This document shows, in pieces, positions 1 through 10,332 of a stretch of DNA of 64,000 nt (position 1 is the stretch's first letter; each line of letters starts with the position of its first letter). Origin of the DNA: Candidatus Moanibacter sp. Its GTDB lineage: Bacteria > Verrucomicrobiota > Verrucomicrobiia > Opitutales > UBA2987. The position numbers and the translations under genes were made by a program. The stretch spans positions 17,759-81,758 of the forward strand of contig CBDCEW010000078.1 in NCBI GenBank assembly GCA_965215885.1. Direction: 5' to 3'. The notes beneath the pieces were generated by a model that did not search any database, was not told the DNA's origin, and saw only the letters and a list, made by a program, of their open reading frames with translations.

Positions 1-1
1 G

Positions 2-190
2 GACGAAACAGCGGGGGTGACAGGCATCGAACTGGCACGGCAGTTGATGGCCGGAGAGCCGAGTATTCACGTGAATACATCGCAGGTCTACGAGGGGGCG
101 CTGGTGTTTAATCCGATGTGCCTGCGAGAGGGCGATGTGGAGGCGATCAGAGAGAGATTGCGTGAGGTTTTGGTAAAGATCGCGGGGTAA
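2..190 (+). CDS. C-terminal part (5' truncated by window) of a probable SelA/DgaE-like PLP-dependent enzyme
   Basis: Frame 2 reads DETAGVTGIELARQLMAGEPSIHV...LVFNPMCLREGDVEAIRERLREVLVKIAG*, resembling SelA-like C-termini. The stop at 188-190 lies inside a REP. Confidence 0.5.
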   Translation, partial: DETAGVTGIELARQLMAGEPSIHVNTSQVYEGALVFNPMCLREGDVEAIRERLREVLVKIAG

Positions 191-261
191 ACCCGCTCCT
201 ACAGTTAGGATTTCCCATCGAACACCCGCCAGGGTTGTAGGAGCGGGTTTATCCCGCGATC
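178..261. repeat. REPIN 1 (two inverted GTAG-type REPs with a conserved spacer)
   Basis: GATCGCGGGGTAAACCCGCTCCTACA, spacer containing ATCGAACACCCGCCAGGG, then TGTAGGAGCGGGTTTATCCCGCGATC. Confidence 0.9.
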
Positions 262-263
262 TT

Positions 264-911
264 TCGTGCTCGTAATCGTTCTCGTAATCGCCAATCGTAC
301 CGGATCCTCTTTGTCAAAAGCATCGTCGGATTTCGGTATGCGAGGGTCGATGGTCGGAGTTTTTCGACCGACGAAGTTGACGACTAAAGGATCGAGATTC
401 CTGCCGCACTTAGAAAAACGAATACGCTTAGAATTGCGACGGTCGACTGTGAACGGAGATCGAACTCGGTAACTCGATGACGAGCATCCCGCTGAGCGGG
501 AAGAACGATTGCGGATCGCATTTCGAGTTGAACGCTCCACCGGACGACCGGTTGAAACGTCGGATTGCGGCAGCGTTCATTGTCGTATGTTCGTATTTCG
601 GCGAAATACGAACATAGAATCTCGAGTAAAGGTCGTGGGCCCGCTGAGCGGGGCGCTTATACAGTTAGGATTTCCAATCGAACAATTTCAGACACTTCGT
701 AGCGAGATCCCGACGCACCGGGAGCGGGGAATCGGTTCGATCTTCTGTCGTGATTCTTGATCACAATCTAAAATCGACAAAGCTGACGACTAAGGGATCG
801 AGATTCCCGCCGCACCTCGACAAAGAATTACGCTTAGAATTGCGGCGGCGTTGGTAGTCGGCTGCCGTATGTTCGTATTTCGCCGAAATACGAACATAGA
901 ATCTCAATAAA
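264..911. repeat. Mosaic of duplicated palindromic repeat modules
   Basis: 371-442 resembles 777-848, and 584-684 resembles 866-958. A 31-bp palindrome occurs at 586-616 and 868-898. CCCGCTGAGCGGG hairpins at about 488 and 640. Confidence 0.8.
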
Positions 912-995
912 GATCGCGGCGTAAAGCCGCTCCTACAGTTAGGATTTTCCATCGAACACCCGCCAGGGATGTAGGAGCGGGTTTACCCCGCGATC
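912..995. repeat. REPIN 2
   Basis: GATCGCGGCGTAAAGCCGCTCCTACA ... TGTAGGAGCGGGTTTACCCCGCGATC with the same spacer as REPIN 1. Confidence 0.9.
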
Positions 996-1124
996 AATCG
1001 ATGGGATAGAAAAGCACGAGTTATGAGGACCCCATCCCCGTGTCGTGTCCGACACTGGTTGACTTCCAGATGCCAATCATGGTCGTATCGCAGGATCAAG
1101 GTCCTGACGCAGGAAGAGGAAGTC

Positions 1125-2900
1125 ATGGCAGACCAAAGTGTCATCGTCGATATCATCCCCACGATCCCGGATGGACTCGTTCACGGCCAGGAGGTGCCGT
1201 ATGGATGGGCTGTGCGGGTCCACCGCTGGCTCTCAGACCGGTCCGGCCAAGGGGTATTTCGCAAAGTGAAACCGCTGCCGCCGGATACCGGTGAACCCCT
1301 CGAAGGGTCCCTGTCGGTATCCCTGGAGGAGCGAGAGGGACCAATCGACGCGCCCAAATCGCGCGACATCTTCACGAATCGGGAATTCCCATTCCGCTGC
1401 GTCCGCGATATTACGGGATGGGACTGCCGCTGGTACGAGAGCGCAGTTGTGGAAGTGGAACCGCCTTTCCAGGAGCGCCTGCGCCGGGGCGGCAGCATCA
1501 CCTACGTATTGCGCGTCCAGGTCAAAGACCCATCGGGTATGGAGCTGGGATCGGCTCAGCTCTCCTTCGCTAATCTACCCACATGGTGTCTGTGGGACGT
1601 GGAGCTCGACCGGCCCGGAGGAATCGAGAAGGTCGTGAACAGACGCAGAATCGTTGCCGGGACGCGCGCGGCCGTCTATCCGGGCGATTTCACGGGAGAG
1701 GGAAGAGCCGGTTTTCTTCACGTCGTAGGCAACCTGCATATGGCGGCATACGATGCCACTGGCAGAAAGCTGTGGGAGTTAAGTGACCCCACGGGGGTGC
1801 CCGTCTACAACTCTACCAACGCCAGTGTATGCGACATCAACGGCGACGGGAGGGATGAGGTTATTGCGATGAGAGGCAAGCCGCCGGAAGCGCGATTGGA
1901 AATCCTCGAGGGGAAAACGGGGAGAACCCTCAGGAGCGTGCCGTGGCCAGCCAACGACGAGGATTTGCGCCGATGGCATCATGGCGGGAACCGCGGAGAC
2001 ATGGCCTACACCTACGACGCCAAGATCTATCTCGCGGATTTCAGGGGGTCGGGTCAGCCACGGGACATCGTGCTGCAGACGGGAGACGAAAATCAGGTCC
2101 TCTACACAGCTCTCAATGACGAACTGGAGGCGCTGTGGGAATTCGATGTGCGGCGTCAAAGGCAGATTGACGGCGGCGCCGGTTCACACACTCCGATCAT
2201 TTACGACATCAACCGCGATGGGAAGGATGAGATGCTGGCCGGCACCTACATGTTAAACCCTGAGGGAAAGATCCTCTGGATGATTCCGTTTGAGCCAATC
2301 TTCGCGGGAGGCGGCGACGAACACATCGACGGGGCAGACATTGGCCCCGTCGGAGAGGACAACCGCGTAGTCGTTGCCTTCCCCAACAACTGTGTCGTGG
2401 CAGACGCCTTGAACGGGGAGGTGCTCTGGAAAAAGGGGAGCGATCATGGACAGGTCGCCTATGTTCGCAAGTTGCGAAAGGATCTGCCGGGCAATCAGAT
2501 CATCTTCTCGGAGAAGCTCAATACGAGACGTCTCTTCGACGCCAGGGGAAAGGAGATCGCCTGCACCGTGGGCAACGGCTCCGAGAGAGACTGGTGGGCG
2601 GACGGTGAAGGCATGCATCTGTGGCCCATCGCGGAGAGCAGACTGGTGGACTGGGACGGCAGCGGAGAGCAGGATCAGTTTGTCGGGAGCCTGGTGCTCG
2701 ACCGAAAAGGCCGGTGCATTGGAGTGGGCGAATGGACTGCCTGTCCTCTCGTGGATGAGAAGGTTTGGGGATCCACCGTTCTTCAACTGCGGTTGAACTT
2801 CAACGTCACCCGGGCTCGCGCCTTCAGCGGAATCCCGATACCTCCACCGGGCAACAAGAAGCTCAATATACCGTTGGAGATCTGTAACTGCATCGACTAG
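1125..2900 (+). CDS. FG-GAP/beta-propeller protein, rhamnogalacturonan lyase family 11-like C-terminal region
   Basis: DINGDGRDE and HTPIIYDINRDGKDEMLAG..LNPEGKILW..DEHIDG motifs. ATG 1125 after a GAGGAAG RBS is preferred to the ORF start at 1023. Confidence 0.6.
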   Translation: MADQSVIVDIIPTIPDGLVHGQEVPYGWAVRVHRWLSDRSGQGVFRKVKPLPPDTGEPLEGSLSVSLEEREGPIDAPKSRDIFTNREFPFRCVRDITGWDCRWYESAVVEVEPPFQERLRRGGSITYVLRVQVKDPSGMELGSAQLSFANLPTWCLWDVELDRPGGIEKVVNRRRIVAGTRAAVYPGDFTGEGRAGFLHVVGNLHMAAYDATGRKLWELSDPTGVPVYNSTNASVCDINGDGRDEVIAMRGKPPEARLEILEGKTGRTLRSVPWPANDEDLRRWHHGGNRGDMAYTYDAKIYLADFRGSGQPRDIVLQTGDENQVLYTALNDELEALWEFDVRRQRQIDGGAGSHTPIIYDINRDGKDEMLAGTYMLNPEGKILWMIPFEPIFAGGGDEHIDGADIGPVGEDNRVVVAFPNNCVVADALNGEVLWKKGSDHGQVAYVRKLRKDLPGNQIIFSEKLNTRRLFDARGKEIACTVGNGSERDWWADGEGMHLWPIAESRLVDWDGSGEQDQFVGSLVLDRKGRCIGVGEWTACPLVDEKVWGSTVLQLRLNFNVTRARAFSGIPIPPPGNKKLNIPLEICNCID

Positions 2901-3348
2901 GAAGCTGTCGGTCTTTGCTTTCGGAATTCGCGGGAAAGTCCCGGCGTCCGGCCGCATTCCTGGACCCGGAAGATTTGACCACCGACAGCTACTTGCGGTG
3001 GAATACGTATCGCCGCAAGCCCGCGTTCGAGCTGAAATCCATCTATAAAGAGTTATCTCGATCGGTGGAAGCGCCTTAGCCGGAAAACCTGAGACTCTCC
3101 GGGGCAAGCCCGGAGGATCTTCCAAGGGACGGGCAGTTCTTTGTAACGGTGACCCTCGCTCCCTTGATCGAATAGAAATCCCGTTGAGCTTTCCTCCTTC
3201 ACCGATCGATCACCGTGTGGAACAGTGGTATGGCTACTGCATCAGCGGGCTAACTCTTTGCGAATCCTTTCCCACCGAAAGAATCCTAGCGCGAGTACCG
3301 GCAATAAGGCGTTGTAAATCTGTCGCCTTTGGGTAATCTACGGTTTCG

Positions 3349-6300
3349 ATGGAAGACAGAATATGCAGTCTTTCCCCGGTAGTATGTATGAGGGTGATCT
3401 TAGCTGGTTTCGCCTTCGCCTTTGTCGCCCATGGTCTTTCGGGAGGTGATAACAGGTTTCCCGCTGATAAGGATTCTTCCTCTGAGACTTCACTGGCGAT
3501 CACATCGATCCCATTGACCGGTAGAGACAGGGATACAGGCCAACCCGGGTTTTCCAAAATCTCTCCACAAGAATCGGGGTTGCTTACGCGGAACGACTAT
3601 GATGATCCGAGCATGTGGGGGTCGCGTTACATGGTGTTCTCACAGGGCGCGGTAGGGACGGGTCTGGCGGCAGGCGACTACGACCGCGATGGTCGGCCGG
3701 ACCTTTACGTCGTGAGTAAAACCGAGCCGAACAAGCTCTTCCGGCAGGTCGGGGACTTTGAATTTGAGGACGTCACGGATAAGGCGGGCGTGCCGGGAGG
3801 GCGGTTTTGGGGAACCGGCGCCACCTTTGTCGACATCGACAACGATGGCGACCTCGACCTCTACACCTGTCAATACTTTGACGCCAATCTGTTGTACATC
3901 AATCAGGGCGACGGAACCTTTAAAGAGCGGGCGAAGAATTTCAACCTGGATGTATGGTCGAGTAGCGCGATGGCCTATTTCTCCGACTACGATCGGGACG
4001 GGGACCTTGATGTTTATGTCGTAACCAACTCCCTCACCCTCGAGTCCACCCTGGAGTATTCCGCCGCGGATCCGGATTACCTTTTTCGCAACAACGGTGA
4101 CCGGACTTTCTCAGACGTTACCCGTGAATCCGGCGTTTATCATAACGGGCAGGGCCTCGCCGCGGTCTGGTGGGACTCTAATCTGGACGGATGGCCGGAC
4201 CTTTACGTCGCGAACGATAACCTCGACGAAGATCATTTGTATAGAAACAACGGTGACGGCTCCTTCACCGATGTTTTGAAAGCTTCCTTCCCCCACACCA
4301 CCTATTTTTCCATGGGAACCGACTTCGGCGACATCGACAACGACGGTCTCTTTGATTTGTTCGTCGCCGATATGCAGTCCACAACGCACTTCAAGCGAAA
4401 GGTGATGATGGGGGAGATGGGTGGGCCGCTTGCCAGGCAGTTCGATCGGCAGCCCGTTCCCCAGTATATGCGCAATGCGCTATTCCTGAATACCGGCACC
4501 GAACGTTTCATGGAAGGAGCCTACCTCTATGGGATAGCGAGTACGGATTGGACGTGGTCCGCCAAGTTTGGCGATTTGGATAACGACGGAAAACTCGATC
4601 TCCATGTCACCAACGGAATGATACGCAGCTTCATTGATGCCGATATGGATAAGAGGTTGAGGGATACGACTATTGAAGAGGAGGCGCGGATCATGAAAGA
4701 GAGCCCGGTTCTTAAGGAGAGTAATCTCGCTTACAGAAACGAGGGGTCGCCGCGGTTCGAGGATGTCAGTCAGCTTTGGGGTCTGAATCACCTCGGTGTG
4801 AGTTTCGGAGCCGTCTTCGTCGATTTTGACCGCGACGGAAACCTGGATATTGCCGTAAACAACTACCAGGAGCCGGTCACCCTCTATCGGAATAACCTGG
4901 GAGAGACCCAGAACCGCGCGCTGTTTGAGCTTCGCGGGAGTGTGAGCAACTCCCATGGAATCGGGAGCACGGTTACATTGGAAAGCGATTCCGGCAAGCA
5001 GATCCGATACTTGTCACCGGCGCGCGGAATTTTCTCGTCGGATGAGCCGGTAGTTCATTTTGGATTAGGGACGGACCGGAAGATAAACCGGTTGGTCATA
5101 AACTGGCCGAGCGGTCACCGCCAGGAGTTTACGGACCTTTCGCCCAACAGGCGTTATATCGTTAGAGAACCGGAAGGCGAAGTGCGAGATTCCCGGCCGG
5201 TGCGGGATGAGGAGCCGTCTCCTCTTTTCGAGGAAGTGAGCGCGAGATACGGGCTGAACATAATGAGGAGCGAGAAAGATGCCGATGCGTATGAATACGC
5301 GAGGCAGCCGCTCTTGCCCTACCGCATGTCGAAATTGGGACCGGGACTGGCATGGGGTGATGCCGATGGTGACGAAAAGGCGGATCTCTTCGTGGCCGGA
5401 CCTGCCGGGGAAGCGGGACTTCTCTTAGTGCGTGGAGACGACCAGTACGCCGAAATCCGATTTCGCGAGGATATCGACGCCGAAGACATGGCGCCGCTGT
5501 GGTTTGATGCGGATGGAGACGGAGACGACGATCTCTTCCTCACGCGGGGTTCGGTTGAGTGCGAAGAAGGCGCAGCCGTTTTGCAGGATCTATTGTATCT
5601 GAATGATGGGAGCGGGCTTTTTGAAAAAGCGCCGGAGGGCACGATTCCAGGGAGTCTCGTGAGCACTGGGGCAGTCGCCGCGGCGGATTTCGACCGGGAC
5701 GGCGACCTCGATCTCTTTGTGGGAGGACGCGTGATTCCGGGGCGCTATCCCCTGGCCCCCGAAAGCGGTCTATGGGAGAATCGGGAAGGGCGTTTTGTCG
5801 ATATTACGGATGAGTGGGCCGAGGGCCTGCGCACCGTGGGAATGGTGACGAGCGCTCTTTGGTCTGATGCGAACGGAGATGGTTGGGTGGACCTGCTTCT
5901 GACGACAGAGTGGGGGTCTGTCACCGTTTTTCAAAATACAGGGCACAACTTCAAGAATGTGACCTCACAAATGGGAACGGCCGAAATCAAGGGATGGTGG
6001 AACAGCCTCGCCGGAGGGGACATTGATGGAGACGGCGATATCGATTATGTGGCGGGCAACGTCGGCTTGAATACTAAATACCATGCCGGCCTGGAGAAGC
6101 CCCTTCTCCTATATTACGGTGACTTTTCCGGAACCGAGGGGAGGCCGAATCTGGTGGAAGCGGAAATTGAGAATGATAACCTTTATCCGATCCGGGGAAA
6201 GAGCTGCAGCACGGGCGCCATGCCGTTCTTGACCGAGCGATTTCCTACTTACCGCTCCTGGGGGGCCGCCCTCCTCAAGGAGATCTATGTGCCGAAAACT

Positions 6301-6996
6301 CTCGAATCGAGCACTCAGTATTCTATTAACGAATTATCCAGCGGGATCTTTTTAAATTCCGGTGACGGGTCCTTTGAGTTTCATCCCCTTCCACGAATCG
6401 CGCAGATTTCGTCCGCCTACGGGTTGGTGGTTCAGGATTTTGACGGCGATGGATTCGCCGATATTTTTATGGCTCAGAATTTCTTCCAGCCCCAAGTCGA
6501 GACGGGGCGCTACGACGGCGGTATCAGTCTTCTCCTTCGAGGCAAAGAAAATGGAAGCTTTACTCCGGCGCCACCGGGAGAAAGCGGCCTGGTGGTTCCC
6601 GGGGACGCCAAGGCGGCGACCGCCTGTGATCTGAACGCTGACGGTTGGCCGGATCTCGTGGTAAGCCGCAACAGCAGCACTTGTCTCGCCTTTCAGAACA
6701 GGTTGATCAAAGGGAGAAATTCTTTTTCGGTCTCACTCCGGGGAAGACCGGGTAATCCGAAAGCGATTGGGGCAAAGATAACCGTCGAATTAACGGACGG
6801 CAGGCATCGATCAGCTGAAATCTATGCGGGAGGCGGGTATCTGTCTCAGTCCGTCCCCGAGGTCTTTTTCGGGTATCCGGATGGTAACGAACCGAAGACA
6901 ATTACGGTTCGATGGCCGGATGGTCAGGTATCGACACATGCATGGACCGGCCATCGCGCGAGGATCGTCATCGAAACGCAGCTAGAGCCTGTTTGA
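3349..6996 (+). CDS. CRTAC1-family FG-GAP/VCBS repeat protein with two ASPIC/UnbV domains, likely exported
   Basis: Many DxDxDGDLD repeats, VHFGLG..INWPSG and FFGYP..VRWPDG ASPIC motifs, hydrophobic N-terminus. Confidence 0.9.
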   Translation: MEDRICSLSPVVCMRVILAGFAFAFVAHGLSGGDNRFPADKDSSSETSLAITSIPLTGRDRDTGQPGFSKISPQESGLLTRNDYDDPSMWGSRYMVFSQGAVGTGLAAGDYDRDGRPDLYVVSKTEPNKLFRQVGDFEFEDVTDKAGVPGGRFWGTGATFVDIDNDGDLDLYTCQYFDANLLYINQGDGTFKERAKNFNLDVWSSSAMAYFSDYDRDGDLDVYVVTNSLTLESTLEYSAADPDYLFRNNGDRTFSDVTRESGVYHNGQGLAAVWWDSNLDGWPDLYVANDNLDEDHLYRNNGDGSFTDVLKASFPHTTYFSMGTDFGDIDNDGLFDLFVADMQSTTHFKRKVMMGEMGGPLARQFDRQPVPQYMRNALFLNTGTERFMEGAYLYGIASTDWTWSAKFGDLDNDGKLDLHVTNGMIRSFIDADMDKRLRDTTIEEEARIMKESPVLKESNLAYRNEGSPRFEDVSQLWGLNHLGVSFGAVFVDFDRDGNLDIAVNNYQEPVTLYRNNLGETQNRALFELRGSVSNSHGIGSTVTLESDSGKQIRYLSPARGIFSSDEPVVHFGLGTDRKINRLVINWPSGHRQEFTDLSPNRRYIVREPEGEVRDSRPVRDEEPSPLFEEVSARYGLNIMRSEKDADAYEYARQPLLPYRMSKLGPGLAWGDADGDEKADLFVAGPAGEAGLLLVRGDDQYAEIRFREDIDAEDMAPLWFDADGDGDDDLFLTRGSVECEEGAAVLQDLLYLNDGSGLFEKAPEGTIPGSLVSTGAVAAADFDRDGDLDLFVGGRVIPGRYPLAPESGLWENREGRFVDITDEWAEGLRTVGMVTSALWSDANGDGWVDLLLTTEWGSVTVFQNTGHNFKNVTSQMGTAEIKGWWNSLAGGDIDGDGDIDYVAGNVGLNTKYHAGLEKPLLLYYGDFSGTEGRPNLVEAEIENDNLYPIRGKSCSTGAMPFLTERFPTYRSWGAALLKEIYVPKTLESSTQYSINELSSGIFLNSGDGSFEFHPLPRIAQISSAYGLVVQDFDGDGFADIFMAQNFFQPQVETGRYDGGISLLLRGKENGSFTPAPPGESGLVVPGDAKAATACDLNADGWPDLVVSRNSSTCLAFQNRLIKGRNSFSVSLRGRPGNPKAIGAKITVELTDGRHRSAEIYAGGGYLSQSVPEVFFGYPDGNEPKTITVRWPDGQVSTHAWTGHRARIVIETQLEPV

Positions 6997-7005
6997 AAAG
7001 GGTAA

Positions 7006-9015
7006 ATGCCCTTTCAATGGCCTCCTGATAGAAAAATGGCTTTCACTAAGAAACAGGAGCGTGTGCTGCGTGTCGTGTTACTTCTTATTCCGATTCTGTT
7101 TTTCGTTTTGCTGGAATTAATCCTAAGAGTTTGCAACTACGGAACCGATCTCCCTCTCTTTAAAACATTAAACTCTAATCCGGATTACTATACCATTAAT
7201 CCGAAATTGGGCCAAAGGTATTTTTTATCGCAGAACGTGGGGGCGGAAGTTTCACAGACGGAAGTCTTCTTAAAGAAAAAACCGCCCACAGGGGTTCGGA
7301 TTTTTGCCTTAGGGGGATCCACCACGGCAGGATTTCCCTACGAGTATAATGCCAGGTTCCCGTCCATTCTCAAAGTTATACTGAAAGCAATCTATCCGAA
7401 CAAGCATATCGAAGTCATCAACCTGGCAATGCCGGCCGTTTCAACCTATGCAGTGCGTGACATCGCATTCGAACTGGCCGAATACGCCCCTGATCTGATC
7501 GTGATTTATTCCGGTCACAATGAATTTTACGGTGGATTCGGAGTAGGTTCGAGAGAATCACTTGGAAATCTCCGTTGGCTAACAAATTTGTATTTGAGCC
7601 TGCAAAAGTACAAAACTCTGCAACTGATCAGAGATGCCATCAGAGCGCCTCGCGATTCGACGGGAGACAAACCGGGCGACTCCCGAAACCCCCGCGGCCT
7701 GATGGAACATATGGCGCGTGAGCGACACATCCCTTACGGCAGTAGCCTTTATCATAGGGCGAGTGAAGCATTTGAGGCAAACATCAAGGATGTGGTCGAA
7801 TACTGCCAGGAACATCATATACCCGTATTTATCGGTACCCTGGTCAGCAACATTCGTAATCACCAACCATTCCGTGATGCTTTTGAGAACACGGATTCGA
7901 AAAAACGCTGGAGAAAGCAATTCAAAATTGCAAAGTCGGCGTTCGATTCAAAGGCATTCGAAACCGCGTTAAAGGAATTGGGACGTTGTGTCGAAACAGA
8001 TTCAATACCCGCAAGTCAATATTTCCTCAAAGGGGAAATTCACCTGGCTTTGGGCGATACCAGCAGTGCAATCCAGGCCTTTTACCAGGCAAAAGACTTT
8101 GATGCCTTGCGTTTTCGTGCCAGCGAGGATTTGAACGAACGTTTGTACCGGATTGGCAAAACTAGGAATGTCGCCATTGTGCCGATCAAAAAGGCCTTCG
8201 AACAGGCTTCTCCAGGGGGTCTTCCAGGCGATAATCTGTTTCTGGAACATCTGCATCCGAATGTCGATGGGTACAGGCTAATGGCAAAGACGTTTGCCGG
8301 AGCCATCGCAAAGGCCGGAATTATTGAGAATTCTGTCGCCGGAGATTTGCCTGATTCACTCTGGATCGACGAGATATACGTCACTGAAGGAGATTTGGCG
8401 GTCGCAGAGTTCCGAATTCAACGTCTGACCCAGGGGTGGCCTTTCACTTCTGAAAGTTCCGTTGAGAAAGAGGGCTCTAATTTTCTGGATTCAAGCCCTA
8501 TCCGGCAGTTAGCCTGGCAATTCTGCAACAAGGCGGTCGACTGGGAAACAATGCACGTAAAGTCGGCGGAATACTATTCCCAGTTGAATCAATGGGACAA
8601 GGCCGAACTGGAATACCGCGCCTTGCTACAGGCAGCGCCAATGAACCATATTGCCCATATCTATTTAGGAAACGCCTTAATGCGTCAGAAGAGCTTTGGT
8701 GAGGCATTAAAAGTATTCGAACAATCGCTGGAAATTAAACCGAGCGCCTATGCTTACAAAATGATGGGCAGGATTTACATGATGCGCGAGGACGCGGCTG
8801 TAGGCAAAGTCTACTTCGAAGAAGCCGTAAAAATAGCACCGAATGACATAGAAGCACAATTCGATCTGGCACAAACTTATGCGCTCACGGCAGAATTCGA
8901 GAAAGCAAACCTATGGGTTCAACGCGTACTTCGCATGAACAGGTATCATGAGGGAGCGAGGAAATTATCCGAGTATGTCGAGCAGCAGTTGGGTCGTGCA
9001 AATCATAGACAATAG
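7006..9015 (+). CDS. Membrane-anchored SGNH/GDSL-like domain plus TPR protein
   Basis: N-terminal TM, LGGSTTAG, YSGHNEFYG, FLEHLHPN and C-terminal TPRs. Starts 9 bp after the CRTAC1 gene. Confidence 0.85.
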   Translation: MPFQWPPDRKMAFTKKQERVLRVVLLLIPILFFVLLELILRVCNYGTDLPLFKTLNSNPDYYTINPKLGQRYFLSQNVGAEVSQTEVFLKKKPPTGVRIFALGGSTTAGFPYEYNARFPSILKVILKAIYPNKHIEVINLAMPAVSTYAVRDIAFELAEYAPDLIVIYSGHNEFYGGFGVGSRESLGNLRWLTNLYLSLQKYKTLQLIRDAIRAPRDSTGDKPGDSRNPRGLMEHMARERHIPYGSSLYHRASEAFEANIKDVVEYCQEHHIPVFIGTLVSNIRNHQPFRDAFENTDSKKRWRKQFKIAKSAFDSKAFETALKELGRCVETDSIPASQYFLKGEIHLALGDTSSAIQAFYQAKDFDALRFRASEDLNERLYRIGKTRNVAIVPIKKAFEQASPGGLPGDNLFLEHLHPNVDGYRLMAKTFAGAIAKAGIIENSVAGDLPDSLWIDEIYVTEGDLAVAEFRIQRLTQGWPFTSESSVEKEGSNFLDSSPIRQLAWQFCNKAVDWETMHVKSAEYYSQLNQWDKAELEYRALLQAAPMNHIAHIYLGNALMRQKSFGEALKVFEQSLEIKPSAYAYKMMGRIYMMREDAAVGKVYFEEAVKIAPNDIEAQFDLAQTYALTAEFEKANLWVQRVLRMNRYHEGARKLSEYVEQQLGRANHRQ

Positions 9016-9087
9016 TCATCGAATGCCGACAGGAAGCACCACGGTCTCTATGTAGCGATTGTTAGGCGGCCGACCCATGCTCCCGTG

Positions 9088-10128
9088 TCAATGGGAATGG
9101 CTCAGATGGCAATCGAAGCGCACGAGAAACGGCGTGTGGTGGGGCAATTTATTCGGAGTCGCCATCCGTTCGTCCGGCAGTTGAGAGAGTCCCCACTCGA
9201 TTCCTCCTCCGTAATTCCCGTCCTTGGTCGTGGGGGCACAGTGAACACCGGGATCGCAGATCGCGACCTTGTGGTACTTAAGCGCCAGATCGATGGCGCT
9301 CCTCAACTCGTCGTCATCGGTACCGGCGACTATTTCGGTAGTCTGATGGAACTGTATGCCGTCGTCGCTGTACTGGACAATCAATGGTGCGTGGTCGCAT
9401 ATCATGGCGACGCCCGTTCGGTGCGGCCAGAAGCAACCGGTGTGGCTTTTTGTGATCGGATTCGCCGGCAACCTGCGGTACGGCCCGATGGGGTTGTCGG
9501 CAACGGCGGCACATATATGATTATTGATGATCTTTTCGGTCTCCTCCTCGAAGCCGTATCCCTTGAAGTACAACCAGTAGGCGCCGTCGCGTGAAAACGC
9601 GCACGCGTCATCCTGACCGATTACGTCAAACGCACCCACGCCGCCCGGCGAAAGCAGCGGCGCATCATCGTCGACCGGCTCGAACGGCCCCTCGGGAATG
9701 TCCGCCGTCGCCAAGCCCAGGCACTTTTTGTACAGATGTCCGTCCCTGTGCCCCGCAGTAAAAAACAGGTAGAACCTTTCACCGACGACCACGACATGAG
9801 GCGCATGCTTTCCCGTCTCGTGCCAGGCCCCGGGTTTGCTCGATTTCATCACGCTGCCGCACTCTTTCCAATGCCGGCCGTCGTCGGATACAGCCAGCCA
9901 TATCTCGGTATAGTTGCTCGCGGGCCATATATCCTCCCAGCGCTCGCGGTTGACAAACCGGGTGTACCACACGTGGTAAGTGCTGTCGATTTTGAGGATG
10001 TTGCTGGGATCGTGACGAACGATCTGCGAGTTCCTGTCGAAACCGTGCACTTGCGATATCGTAAAATCGGCCCGTTTCAGTTCCAAAGGCACATCCGGTG
10101 AAGCTTGCTTGTCTCTGTGCTCTTCCAT
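9088..10128 (-). CDS. GH117/GH43-like five-bladed propeller glycoside hydrolase
   Basis: RHDPSNILKIDSTYHVWYT, QDDAC..YWLYFKG, ADNPIGPY..NPI..HT motifs. Confidence 0.75.
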   Translation of the reverse strand: MEEHRDKQASPDVPLELKRADFTISQVHGFDRNSQIVRHDPSNILKIDSTYHVWYTRFVNRERWEDIWPASNYTEIWLAVSDDGRHWKECGSVMKSSKPGAWHETGKHAPHVVVVGERFYLFFTAGHRDGHLYKKCLGLATADIPEGPFEPVDDDAPLLSPGGVGAFDVIGQDDACAFSRDGAYWLYFKGYGFEEETEKIINNHICAAVADNPIGPYRRLPANPITKSHTGCFWPHRTGVAMICDHAPLIVQYSDDGIQFHQTTEIVAGTDDDELRSAIDLALKYHKVAICDPGVHCAPTTKDGNYGGGIEWGLSQLPDERMATPNKLPHHTPFLVRFDCHLSHSH

Positions 10129-10332
10129 CGCACTCCTCTTATTCTATCACTATTTTGAACTATAGGCTAACGAGCAAGTACAGGTAATACCACTACTACC
10201 TTGCAAGAGCGCGACGGTGTAGGCTTGCGTTTAGTAATTCGAGGAAGTCTGTGAGTGCGCACATTCCTCCATATTTCGAGAGACTGGGTTTTGAGGGATT
10301 GTAGCACAGAGGTTGTTTACTCACCGCGATCC

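Noticed and set aside
586..616. LexA/SOS box
   Set aside because: The TGTTC...GAACA spacing is 17 nt, unlike the LexA boxes I know, and no SOS gene is adjacent.
205..952. Short ORFs in the first intergenic region
   Set aside because: They are derived from REPIN and repeat modules.
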